DNA of 20,000 nucleotides from Chiloscyllium plagiosum (taxonomy: Eukaryota), in contig NC_057751.1 of assembly GCF_004010195.1 (NCBI RefSeq), positions 3,404,475-3,424,474 on the forward strand, given 5' to 3'. The translations under genes and the position numbers were made by a program. The notes beneath the pieces were generated by a model. That model saw only the letters and a list, made by a program, of their open reading frames with translations. It was not told the DNA's origin and did no database searches. Shown here in pieces: positions 1 to 10,327 of the stretch (its first letter is position 1; each line of letters opens with the position of its first letter).

Positions 1-207
1 GCATCCGAGGAGTAGGAGAATAGACATTTCACGCATAAGCTCTTCATCTGGAATGTTGGGGGTGGGGTGGTGAAGGGGGCTGAGGGATAAATAGGAGCGT
101 GGGGGTGGAGCTGGGGGCAATAAGTCAGTGGGAAAGGTGGAGCAGATAGGTGGGAAAGAAGATGGACAGATCAAGAGGACAGTGACCTGCAGTCCTCACT
201 TTGTCCT
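1..207 (-). mobile_element. Penelope-like element pLTR fragment (runs off window start), followed by a short opposite-strand copy of the element's 3' tail at 187-207
   Basis: 1-55 aligns by eye with 5654-5708 and 19692-19746. 187-207 (ctgcagtcctcactttgtcct) matches the + strand tail at 10401-10420. Confidence 0.75.
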
Positions 208-1547
208 AGAAGGGAAAGTTCTCCAAACTAAACAGTGCTATCTGCATTTACTCACCTTACCAGTTACCACTGTACTTATTCTTTCCCCATCTGTCAAAGC
301 CGAGTGTTGTGAGATCTGAGCTCCTGTATGTGCACATGTACAGGAGTACCAATCTTGATACTGGCCAGCTGATGGTGGTGAATGGATATTCCTGTGAAAA
401 TCCTCCCACTTCATATTGACAGAAAACATTTTGTCTGGCAGTCATGTCTCTTCCTTGTTCTCTCCCTGACCGAACAGCAGAGTTTTCCAGGATTCAAGTG
501 TTATAATCATTACCGTGAAGTAATTTACATATTATAACATAACATGGGGTGGATGTAGGTCTCTAATTATATGGTTAATATGAAATCCATTTTGTAAGAA
601 ATAAGCCACCTCCATTCCCATGGCAAAACAGTCTGCTGTGGGAAACAGCAGCCACAGTCTCAGCACTTGACAATTCACAGTGATTGTTGCAGGAGTAACT
701 CTTTCAGTAAAAGCAAGAAAACAGACAATAATTCCTGGAAAGGTTCCTTGCTTAATATACAGATAAGCGGCTCGTTAGACCTCAAATCCCATGTGAGGTG
801 GCTCATGGTTCAGTTCAGGATCAAAACTTGTCAGTGATTCACGAATGCTTTCCCAAGGTTTTGATGGATATGTGATGGAACGTGAGTTCGGCATAAACCA
901 GTATTTTAAGTAAAAAACATCTGCTGTGACCTTTTTCTTCAGGAGAGGTGGAAGGTTTCTCTTTGAGTCCTCCCTCACATAGAATGTAATGAATGATTCA
1001 AAAAGAGGAATATTGGCTCACGAAAGACAGATTATTGGAACGTTTTCACTGACCTGAGCATTGGGGAATATTTTCCATTTCTAGGAAGTATTTCAAACTT
1101 AACATTACCTTAGCAGCAGGGAGCAGTTCTGACTGAACTGCTCCCTTCCCTTTCTGGGTGAATCAAGTATGTCAAAAGTTCACATTTTGTCAAATTATCA
1201 TGATGTGCCTTTTGTGCAATCCCACCATTTCACACTGACTCGTGGTGTGAGGTTGAGGCTCCATGTTTAATTTGGAGATCATTCCCCTCCCTGCTTCAGG
1301 ACTTGTATTTTTAAAAAAAAGTAAATTTAACTAACCTGATATATGCCACACTATTAAACATAAATAACATGTTTTATGACCTTTGCATTCACTCTTAGCT
1401 TTTGAAATAGTTATTTAGCAATGTGAGAAGAAGGGCAATTCTTCTCACAGCAAGGTTCCAGACAACTCTGGGCACCCAAACCTTGTATTTTATTGTGGAT
1501 ATTTCTCCTGTCACATTCACTTGTGTTACAGTATTGTACATGAACCC

Positions 1548-1574
1548 CACACACACACACACACACACACACAC
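1548..1574. repeat. (CA)n microsatellite, about 13 units
   Basis: Uninterrupted CA run read directly. Confidence 0.97.
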
Positions 1575-3712
1575 TGTCATAAAACTTGTTTGTTTTAATT
1601 AACAAGCCTTGGGAAATTATAACTCATGAATTTGAAAAGGTGATAATGTTTTTTTGGAAAAGTGATTTAGAAGTGATGTCCAAGGTATTGGGCAAGAATT
1701 TGGCTTGACTGAAATGTCTTTGTCTGATTCTTGTGGCTTAAGGTGGTCTGTTTGAATTGTTTCATGAGACAACTTGCTTGTAATTGAATCAAACACATCA
1801 ACAATGATGAATCAATTGCTGACCACGTCATGTTGTTGCTCATGAATTCGCATTTTGACCTGTACACTTGGAAATAGACAAGCAATTGTCAACTTGTTTC
1901 CCAGTCAGGTTTATTTTAGTGGAAGAATTTATCTTTTTTTTCATTTAATCTCTCAGAAATTGCTTTCCTTTGTTATTCAAATTCCCAGTTATGTTATCAC
2001 AACCAAAGTATTGTCTATTGAAGTCAATCATGAACCCTTTAAACTAGAAACTTGATTACAGAGTATGAATCTCAGAATCTTTTCTGAAAGATTTTCACAT
2101 TATGCTGAGCGGCAGTATTGGGAATTTGCTTTAATTTCTGTCTTTATTTTGATGAACAGAACTCACACTGTGCACAAGAAATCACATCTTTACGAAACAT
2201 GCAAGATGACATTTGAAAACAAGTGGAATCTACGTAAATGGCAAAGGGCTAATTGGACAAGTAGAGGCAAACACAGTGCAGCTTGGCCGAGTGACATTTT
2301 ACCAGAGGCTATGTTTCAAACTGGGATAAACTTTCTTTTAAAAAGATATATATTCTATGTACTCTGAAAGGCAATTTGCATGCTTTCTGCATCAGTCATC
2401 TTTCAGGCTACAGCAATCCGAATGAAATGTCAAAGCAGCACATATTCCACAAAGCTATGACATTTTCTCATTAGAAAAGGTGGATAAGATCCCTTCGTCA
2501 TAATGAGCATAATTCAATGACAATATCCTGCAAGGTCCAAGCACACAGTCTCCACAATGCTGTATTTTATCTGAGTTTTCTTTTTGTTGCTTGCACAAGT
2601 GAGTACTTGTGCTGCACATGACAAGGGGTCAGCCTAAGTCTCTGGAAATGGGTTTGCGTGATGAAAGCTTTGTTAGATTTAAATACGATATTCATTGACT
2701 CATTTCACTCTGGCAACAGTTTGCATTGGGACTGAAAGTGATGATGCAAGCCTGTCACTTCTGCTTGCAGCCTGATCTTGTCTCCCAGCAAGGGTTTGTC
2801 GCTGCAGCCAGACGGGCTGTCAGTGCGCTCCTGCTTTCGCTGCACTCCTCTGTCTCACCATTGGCTGGATTGAGAAAAGCCTTCAGTGAAATTCCTCGAA
2901 AGTTCCTTCTCGGGTTCATCCAGCAACTGAAGGTTTTGGTCAGTGCGGCCTCTCATCTTGTGGTTGGTAACCTGGTGGATGTTGGTACAAGCAACTTTAC
3001 CCTTGTTGCCAGGTTTGCAGTGATCACCAAAGTACCTTACAAACCCAGCATTCCAGTCTCACTCAGCCGAAGCAGTCAGAATCTGCTTGATTTTAAAATT
3101 CTGTCTCAAACCCAAGGCTGTGCCAAAGACAGCAATGATGCTCCACACTGATTCACATTAGTGTAACCATTTGTAGTAATTCAATCGTGTACAAGAAGAA
3201 TCTTCAGTGCAGAAGTAGCTGTTGGCTGTTCAGCCTATTGGAAAATAGGCAAACTGCACTCAGGAAAATTCCAACCAGCTATTACACAGCTCAGCTAACC
3301 ATCAGTGCTTGTCCTTGGGTGTAGTAGTTTGTGGTAACATTCTGTTATCTGACAGAGTTGTTAGAAGAACTGCAAAAGCAGCACAATGCTACAGCACACG
3401 AATCCCCTTAAACATCTTGTGGCTGTACACATTTACGGATTACTCATTTAATATTGTGCAGGCAATCTGACTTAAAATTCATGCCCGTGTGAGCCACTGT
3501 TTGCAAACCTTACTATCTGCTGCCAGTCTTGAGTTGAATCTTGGTAAACCCTATCCATTTTCAGTTTCCCAGGTCAATGTTTTTGATGGAAACAAACTCT
3601 ATTTCTTCATCTCTTTGTGATTGCCAAACACAAACATAAGGTGGTGCATGCCTGACTCACCTTCTTTCTCCCCACCAACCCCCTCACCCCACCTACAAAT
3701 TGTTCAAAATGC

Positions 3713-4343
3713 TTTTATTAATATAAAGTTTTATTGAAAAAGGGATTTTTAAATAATACAACAAATCCAAAACAATACAATGCAAAACAGTTCAAAGAAA
3801 AAACCACAGAACTGCACTCATATACAAATATGTATATGTAAAAGAAAAAAGGACCAACAAAATAAATAAGCAGAAACTAATAACTAACAACTAACTAATA
3901 AATAATAACATGGTGTAGCGAGACAAAACAATAGCTCTCAACCAGTGAGAGCATTAATTTATACATATTCAAATGTTCATCATTCCTCCTCTCTGGGTGT
4001 TGGATTCATGAAACACAATTGTTATGGCAGTATAAAAGCCCTTATGAGCGTGGCAGACAAATCTGTGACCAGGTAGTCCAAAAAGGGCCGCCACGTCTTC
4101 CAGAAATTCTCCGTTTTATGGTGCACCATATTTGGAAGAAAATCCAAAGGGGTATGCACGCTTGACCCCTGGGGCATTTTCAGACACCCAACACAGCAGA
4201 AAGCTTTTTCTTGCAGAGGAAGTCAGGATATTGATAAGGTTTTTTTATGCGCATCAAAAGGAAGTACACCAGCCAGGCCAAGAACAAGAGAGACCAGGTC
4301 CATCTCCGCTTCTGTCCCTGAGATTCTCTCTACTTCACCTACC
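3713..4343 (-). mobile_element. L1-clade LINE 3' fragment (ORF2 C-terminus plus T-rich 3' UTR), degenerate
   Basis: Minus-strand translation gives NILTSSARKSFLLCWVSENAPG...LDFLPNMVHHKTENFWKTWRPFLDYL, resembling the ARKxILLxW / FxKxWxPF C-terminal motifs of fish L1 ORF2. AATAAA on the minus strand near 3714 and 3730. Confidence 0.7.
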
Positions 4344-4345
4344 AC

Positions 4346-4451
4346 ATGGGTCTGGGTGGGTTACTCTTCGGAGGGTCGGTGTGGACTTGTTGGGCCAAAG
4401 GGCCTGTTTCCACACTGTCGGGAATCTAATTTAATATAGGTAATCTAATCT
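4346..4451 (+). mobile_element. 3' end of HE1-type SINE (or partner CR1) with (ATCTA)n-like tail
   Basis: Closely matches the SINE 3' end at 15677-15760; ends ...gaatctaatttaatataggtaatctaatct. Confidence 0.8.
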
Positions 4452-4521
4452 ACCAATAAAAGCTAACACACTGTATGCCTTCTTAACAACTTTATCCACC
4501 TGGGTGGCAACTTTCAGGGTT

Positions 4522-5262
4522 CTATGTACATGGACACCGAGATCTTTGCTCTTCTACACTTCCAAGAATCTTACCACTAGCCCAGTACTCTAAATTCCTG
4601 TTGTTCCTTCCAATGTGAAATACTTCACATTTTTCCACATTAAACTCCATTTGCCACCTTTCCGCCCAGCTCTGCAGTTTATCTATGTCCCTCTGTAACC
4701 TGCAACATCCTTCAGCACCATCCACAACTCCACCGACTTCAGTGTCATCTGGAAATTTACTAACCCATCCTTCGACGCCCTCATCCAGGTCATTTATAAA
4801 AATGACAAACAGCAATAAATCCAAAACAGATCCTTGCGGTACACCACTATTAACTGAACTCCAGAATAAATATTTCCCATCAAACACCACCCTCTGTCTT
4901 CTTTCAGTGAGCCAATTTCTGATCCAAACCGCAAGATCACCCTCAATCCGGTGCCTCTGTATTTTCTGCAATAGCCTTCCGTGAGGAACCGGATCAAATG
5001 CCTTACTGAAATACATATACATCGCATCAACCGCTTTACTGTCATCCACCCGTTTGGTCACCTTCTCAAAGAGCTCAATAAGGTTTGTGAGGCACGACCT
5101 ACCCTTCGCAAAATCGTGTTGACTATCCCTAATCAACTTATTCCTTGAGGAATGATTATAAATCCTATCTCTTCTAATCCTTTCCAAAACTTTGCCCACA
5201 ACCGAAGTGAGGTTCACTGGTTTATAATTACTCGGGTTGTTGCTACTCGCCTTCTTGAACAA
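4522..5262 (-). pseudogene. Reverse transcriptase domain remnant of the CR1 ORF2 (246-aa open stretch)
   Basis: Recognisable non-LTR RT motifs; the catalytic box reads FPDD instead of FADD and DFSKAFD reads YFSKAFD; frame broken on both sides. Confidence 0.9.
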
Positions 5263-5611
5263 AGGGACAACATTTGCTATTCTTAGTCTTCCGGCATTAT
5301 TCCTGTAGACAATGACAATATCGAGATCAAAACCAAAGGCTCTGCAATCTCCTCCCTGGTTTCCCAGAGAATCCTAGGATAAATCCCATCCAGTCTAAGG
5401 GGACTTATCTGTTTCATACTTTCCAGAATTGCTAACACCTCTTCATTGTGAACGTCAATCCCATCAATGACCTGTATCTCAGTATTCTCCTTGACAACGT
5501 TGTCTTTTTTCTGTGTGAATACTGATGAACAATATTCATTTAGCGCCTCTCCTATCTCCTTGGACTCCAAGCACAACTTCCCACTACTATCTATGACTGG
5601 CCCTAATCTTA

Positions 5612-6127
5612 GATTCGAGAGTGTGGTGCTGCAAAAGCATAGCAGGTCAGGCAGTATCTGAGGAGCAGGAGAATAGACATTTCAGGCAAAAGCCCTTCAT
5701 CAGGAATGAAGCTGGAAGCTGAGGGGGTGGAGAGATTTGGGGGTGGGGGTTGGTGGGGCTGGGGGGAAGGTAGGTGAGAGTGCGAGAGGTAGATGGAGAT
5801 GGGGGTAATGATGATAGGTCGGAGGGAGAGTGGAACAGATGGGTGGGAAGGAATATCGGCAGGTCATGAGGGCGGTGCTGAGCTGGAACTGGGGGGATGG
5901 GAAATGAGGAAACTGGTGAAATCCACTTTGATGCCATGGGGTTGGAGGGTCCCAAGGCAGAACGTGAGGCTTTCTTCCTCCTGGCGTCGGGTGGACAGGG
6001 CATGATGATGGAGACGGCATGTCCTTGGCAGAGTGGGAGGGGGAGTTGAAGTTTTCGGCTACAGGTCAGTGCGGTTGGTTGGTGTGGGTGTCCCAGAAAT
6101 ATTCTCTGAAGCGTTTTGCAAGGAGGA
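5612..6127 (-). mobile_element. Penelope-like element 3' fragment (end of GIY-YIG endonuclease region + pLTR), with 10-bp TSD
   Basis: CCTAATCTTA at 5602-5611 and 6128-6137. Minus-strand translation LLAKRFREY...PVAENFNSP/HSAKDM...RRQEEESLTFCLGTLQPHGIKVDFTSFLIS resembles the PLE GIY-YIG C-terminus. Decayed hammerhead at 5672-5707. Confidence 0.85.
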
Positions 6128-7215
6128 CCTAATCTTACCCTTCTTTTATTCCTGACATACCTGTAGAAATATTTGGGGTTTTCCTTGATCCTACTTGCCA
6201 AAGATTTCTCCTGTCCCCTCCTGGCTTTTCTTAGCTCTCTCTTTAGGTTCTCCCTCACTAACCTGTAACTTCCAAGTGCCCTAACTGAGCCTTCACATCT
6301 CATCTTTACAAAAGCCTCCTCGTTCTTCTTGATGAGATTCAACTTCTTCCCTCACTCGACCACTTCCTCCCTGCCTGACGGGTGCATACTTATCAAGGAC
6401 ATGCAGTAGCTGTTCCTTGAATAAGCTCCACATTTCAATTGTGTCCATCCCCTGCAGTTTCCTTCCCATCCTTTGCATCTGAAATCTTGCCTAATTGCTT
6501 CATAATTGCCTTTCCCCCAGCTTTTACTCTTGCCCTATGTTACATACTTGTCCTTTTCCATCGCTAAAGGAAACATAACCGAATTGTGGTCATTATCACC
6601 AAAGTGCTCACCTACCTCCACTTCTAACACCTGGCTGGGTTCATGACCCAATACCAAACCCAATGTGGCCTCGCCCCTTGTTGGCCTGTCCACATACTGT
6701 GTCAGGAAACACATGGGACAAAAACTGACCCATCTAAAGTACTTGAACTATAGCGATTCCAGTCAATATTTGGAAAGTCAAAGTACCCCATAACAACTCC
6801 CCTGTTAGTTTCGCCACTATCCAAAATCATCTTTGCTATCCTTTCCTCTTTATCTCTGGTACTATTCTGAGATCTGTAGAAAACTCCCAACAGGGTGACC
6901 TCTCCTTGGCTGATTCTAACCTCAGCCTATACAACCCCAGGAGACGAATCCTCAAACGTCCTCTTTGCCACTATACTGTCCTTGATTAACAATGCTTCAC
7001 CTCCCCCTGTTTTACCATCTTCTGAAACATCTAAATCCTGGAACCTGCAACAACTGTTCCAGTCACTGTTCTATCCATGTCTCCAAAATGGCCACAACAT
7101 CAAAGTCTCAGGTACCAATCTATGCTGCAAGTTCACCCACTTCACTCCAGATGCTCTTGGTTTTGAAGTAGACACACTTCAAACCCCCTTTCTGCTGAGC
7201 GGAACACTCCTGTGA

Positions 7216-7697
7216 TCTTAGAGTTATAAGAGATGTACAGCATGGAAACAGATCCTTCGGTCCAACCTGTCCATGCCGACCAGATATCCCAACCCAAGCT
7301 CGTCCCACTTGCCAGCACCCGGCCCATATCCCTCCAAACCCGTCCTATTCATATACCCATCCAAATGCCTCTTAAATGTTGCAATTGTACCAGCCTCCAC
7401 CACATCCTCTGGCAGCGCATTCCATACATGTACCACCCTCTGCGTGAAAACGTTGCCCCTTAGGTGTCTTTTATATCATTCCCCTCTCACCCTAAACCTA
7501 TGCCCTCTAGTTCTGGACTCCCCGATCCCAGGGAAAAGACTTTGCCTATTTATCCTATCCATGTCCCTCATAATTTTGTAAACCTCAATAAGGTCACCCC
7601 TCAGCCTCTGACGCTCCAGGGAAAACAGCCCCAGCCTGTTCAGCCTCTCTCTATAGCTCAAATCCTCCAACCCTGGCAACATCCTTGTAAATCTTTC
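7216..7697 (-). mobile_element. CR1 LINE 3' end (ORF2 C-terminus and 3' UTR), 5'-truncated
   Basis: MLPGLEDLSYRERLNRLGLFSLERQRLRGDLIEVYKIM...TRGHRFRV and VHVWNALPEDVVEAGTIATFKRHLDGYM are typical CR1 C-terminal motifs. Confidence 0.93.
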
Positions 7698-8767
7698 AAC
7701 TGCTCAGATTCTCACGGTCTCCCAAACATAGCTTTGGCAGAGGTGTAGAAGCATATTGTACAAATGTTCACCTCTCACATCTGGTTGACTCAATGGTGAA
7801 TGGCTCAGTGAAATGGAAGAAAGGAAGTTTGCTTTAACAGACTAAACAGTCAATTTAGGTTGAATAAATATGAAAGGGCAGGATTGTAAGCCTGCTCATT
7901 CATTGACCTTGATTTACAGTGTTGTTTGCACTGGTTGTGGCTGGACATCTTCAACAGTAAGAACACCCGCTACATCAAGCACCAATCAGACACTAAAGAT
8001 CTGACCAGAAGCTTTGTCAACTTATCAAGTGCCTTGTCAGTGAAGTCCCTCCTCACGTGAAGCTGCAAGTCAATAAAAAAAGGCAGCCACTGGGAGTTGG
8101 ACTGAATTGAAAGAAGCCCAGGCTGCGCAGCTGTTCGCACTTACACCAGTGAGTAAAATCTGCGAGTGTTTGGAGGAATCGTGGGGTGGCGGTTGTGAGG
8201 AGAGAGGTGTCGGTGGGTTGGAAGCTGAGCTCCTTGGTCCCTTATCTGTGACCTATAATTGCCCCCACTGTTTGCTGTTAGCACAGAATCCACTTTTTTC
8301 ACCTACAGGGGAAGGAAGGTAATTGGAGCAGTTGTGGGTTGAGGCTCTTAAGTTGTCATGAATTGACTACATAACAGATTCAAAAACTGCTGAAACAAGA
8401 TATATTTATCAAAGCTTAATTTCAGAAAAACCTGCAGTTAACTGTCAGTCATTATTAACTTGTACTTTGCTGAATGTTTTGACATGAACAATCAGAATCC
8501 ACTTAACGACCAATCAGCCCTTTCCTCTTGACTGGTACAAATGTTTTTTTACCGTTCAATTGATAAAATGTTCATTCTGGATCGCTACAAAAGGCAATTA
8601 ATTAATGCTACTCCCCTGCAATTTTCTCATCGATCTGCAATCTTTTCTCTTTTCAAGTACTTATCCAATGATCTTGAAACCATATTCTTGACTTCACTCC
8701 TCTCAACGTCCGCTACACTGGAGATACAATTCAGGTTCCCATCTCCCTGCTCAACGAGCAAATCTCT

Positions 8768-8796
8768 CCCCCCGCCCCCCCCCCCCCCCCCCCCCC
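8768..8796. repeat. Poly-C tract (C6-G-C22)
   Basis: Read directly. Confidence 0.95.
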
Positions 8797-9712
8797 TTTC
8801 CCTCCAGGATGTTGGTACCCCTCTGGAGTGTATATTTTCAAGGAGAAAATCTTTGAGAAATGTTGTTTGGGCACTTGGAACTGCCAGCCGCTGTCACATG
8901 CAGCATCTTCCCTCATCCTAACCTGAACCCTTTCGTTCAGAAATGAATGGTGAAAACTCCCATTTCTCACCTGTGTTTAGTTGCAGAGGGACCCAATGAA
9001 GAACCAGCCACCATCACCCCAAATTGACTGAAGCATGTCCTCCCAAATCTCAGAGTTGTTTTTCTGAACTACCAAATGCTCAGCCTCCCTTGTCAGTCAG
9101 TCGGAGGATTAAACTCAACTCGACCCTCTTGCCGACTGCAGCTGAATACCAGTTGCTAAGCTGCATTCCCACCTTCCCATCTATTCTTAACTTGAAAATA
9201 CATCACTGAAGTGGACAGGATAAAATAAAAAGATAGCAAGTTTGTTCTTTTCATGTTAGTGTAGAATTAAATCCTAAAAGTAACAGCTTAAATGCCTTTA
9301 TACCAGTCAGGAAAAGCATAATATTGATTATTTCGTCTTTTGAAGACAGTATCCCCGACTTCATTCTGACTTGACATAAAAAGCTGAACGATAACACAGT
9401 GACTCACCATGAGTAGTGTCATGGGCAACATTAATAAAATGGTGACATACTCTCTCTAGTCGATTGTGTCTTTTTCATTAATGAACATGTGCAGAAGGAA
9501 AGACTTTCATTTTCATATCACAATGCTTTCTAACCCATGCAGTAGCTATTGAATTGTAGTCACAGTTGGCAACAAGGGAGATAATTAACACGGACAAAGC
9601 TGCCAGTGTAATGATGATTGTCTCATCTCTTCTGAAATGTTGCCCGAGGAAGCAGTGTTCTCCAACTGCTGCCTGCTCTTTGAAGGAGTGTGATGGAATT
9701 TTCTCAGGCCAC

Positions 9713-9823
9713 ATGGATATGGGCCAGGTGCTGGCAGGTAGGACTAGATTGGGTTGGGATATCTGGTCAGCATGGACGGGTTGGACCGAAGGATCTGTTT
9801 CCTCGCTGTACATCTCTATGACA
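9713..9823 (+). mobile_element. Short CR1 3' UTR fragment
   Basis: Reverse-complement match to about 7228-7332 (ggatatgggccaggtgctggcagg...ttggaccgaaggatctgtttcc...gctgtacatctct). Confidence 0.88.
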
Positions 9824-9899
9824 CCTGAGAGGGAAAATAGAGTTGAAACTTTATTGCTGGAACAGCACAGCAGGTCAGGCAGCATCCAGGGAACAGGAG

Positions 9900-9935
9900 A
9901 TTCGACGTTTCGGGCACAGGCCCTTCTTCAGGAAT
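9900..9935 (-). ncRNA. Minimal type I hammerhead ribozyme motif (mirror copy)
   Basis: Exact reverse complement of 10292-10327. Confidence 0.8.
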
Positions 9936-10291
9936 GAGCAGAGAGTGTTCAGCAGGAGAAGATAAAAGGTAGGGAGGAGGGACTTGGAGGAGGGGAGTTG
10001 GAAATGTGATAGGTGGAAAGAGGTCAAGGTGAGGGTGATAGGTCGGAGTAGGGTGGAGGCGGAGAGGTCAAGAAGAAGACTGCAGGTCAGGAAGGCCTTC
10101 CTTGAAGAAGCTCTCTGCCTCTCTCTAACCGCCTTCCTGACCTGCAGTCTTCTTCTTGACCTCTCCGCCTCCACCCTACTCCGACCTATCACCCTCACCT
10201 TGACCTCTTTCCACCTATCACATTTCCAACTCCCCTCCTCCAAGTCCCTCCTCCCTACCTTTTATCTTCTCCTGCTGAACACTCTCTGCTC

Positions 10292-10327
10292 ATTCCTGAA
10301 GAAGGGCCTGTGCCCGAAACGTCGAAT
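10292..10327 (+). ncRNA. Minimal type I hammerhead ribozyme motif in PLE pLTR
   Basis: ATTC (stem I) CTGAAGA (core) A GGGC-ctgt-GCCC (stem II) GAAA C GTC (predicted cleavage after 10323) GAAT (stem I partner). Stem III is reduced to self-complementary ACGT. Confidence 0.8.

Larger units (their letters stand above)
4452..7215 (-). mobile_element. CR1 LINE ORF2 (APE endonuclease + reverse transcriptase), inactive, 3'-truncated, interrupted by a PLE insertion at 5612-6127
   Basis: APE-like GLKCVYFKTKSIWSEVGELAA and GVFYRSQNS...VVMGYFDFPNIDW; linker FYRYVRNKR; RT motifs NYKPVNLTSVVGKVLE, QHDFAKGRSCLTNL, SKAFD, SGVPQGSVL, KFPDDT. Multiple stops and frameshifts. Confidence 0.95.

Noticed and set aside
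19..54. Functional hammerhead in the first PLE fragment
   Set aside because: Core reads CAGATGA, stem II is disrupted and the ACGT palindrome is lost; treated as a dead copy.
775..1015. Minus-strand open frame of about 80 codons in unique sequence
   Set aside because: No recognisable protein similarity or convincing splice acceptor.
2726..3151. 141-aa plus-strand ORF, or a minus-strand terminal exon in the same region
   Set aside because: Non-ATG start, no recognisable domain on either strand, only a weak acceptor; cannot be supported without expression or homology data.
5647..6342. 231-aa ORF as a novel chimeric protein
   Set aside because: It is CR1 ORF2 sequence reading by chance into the inserted PLE, mostly out of the PLE coding frame.
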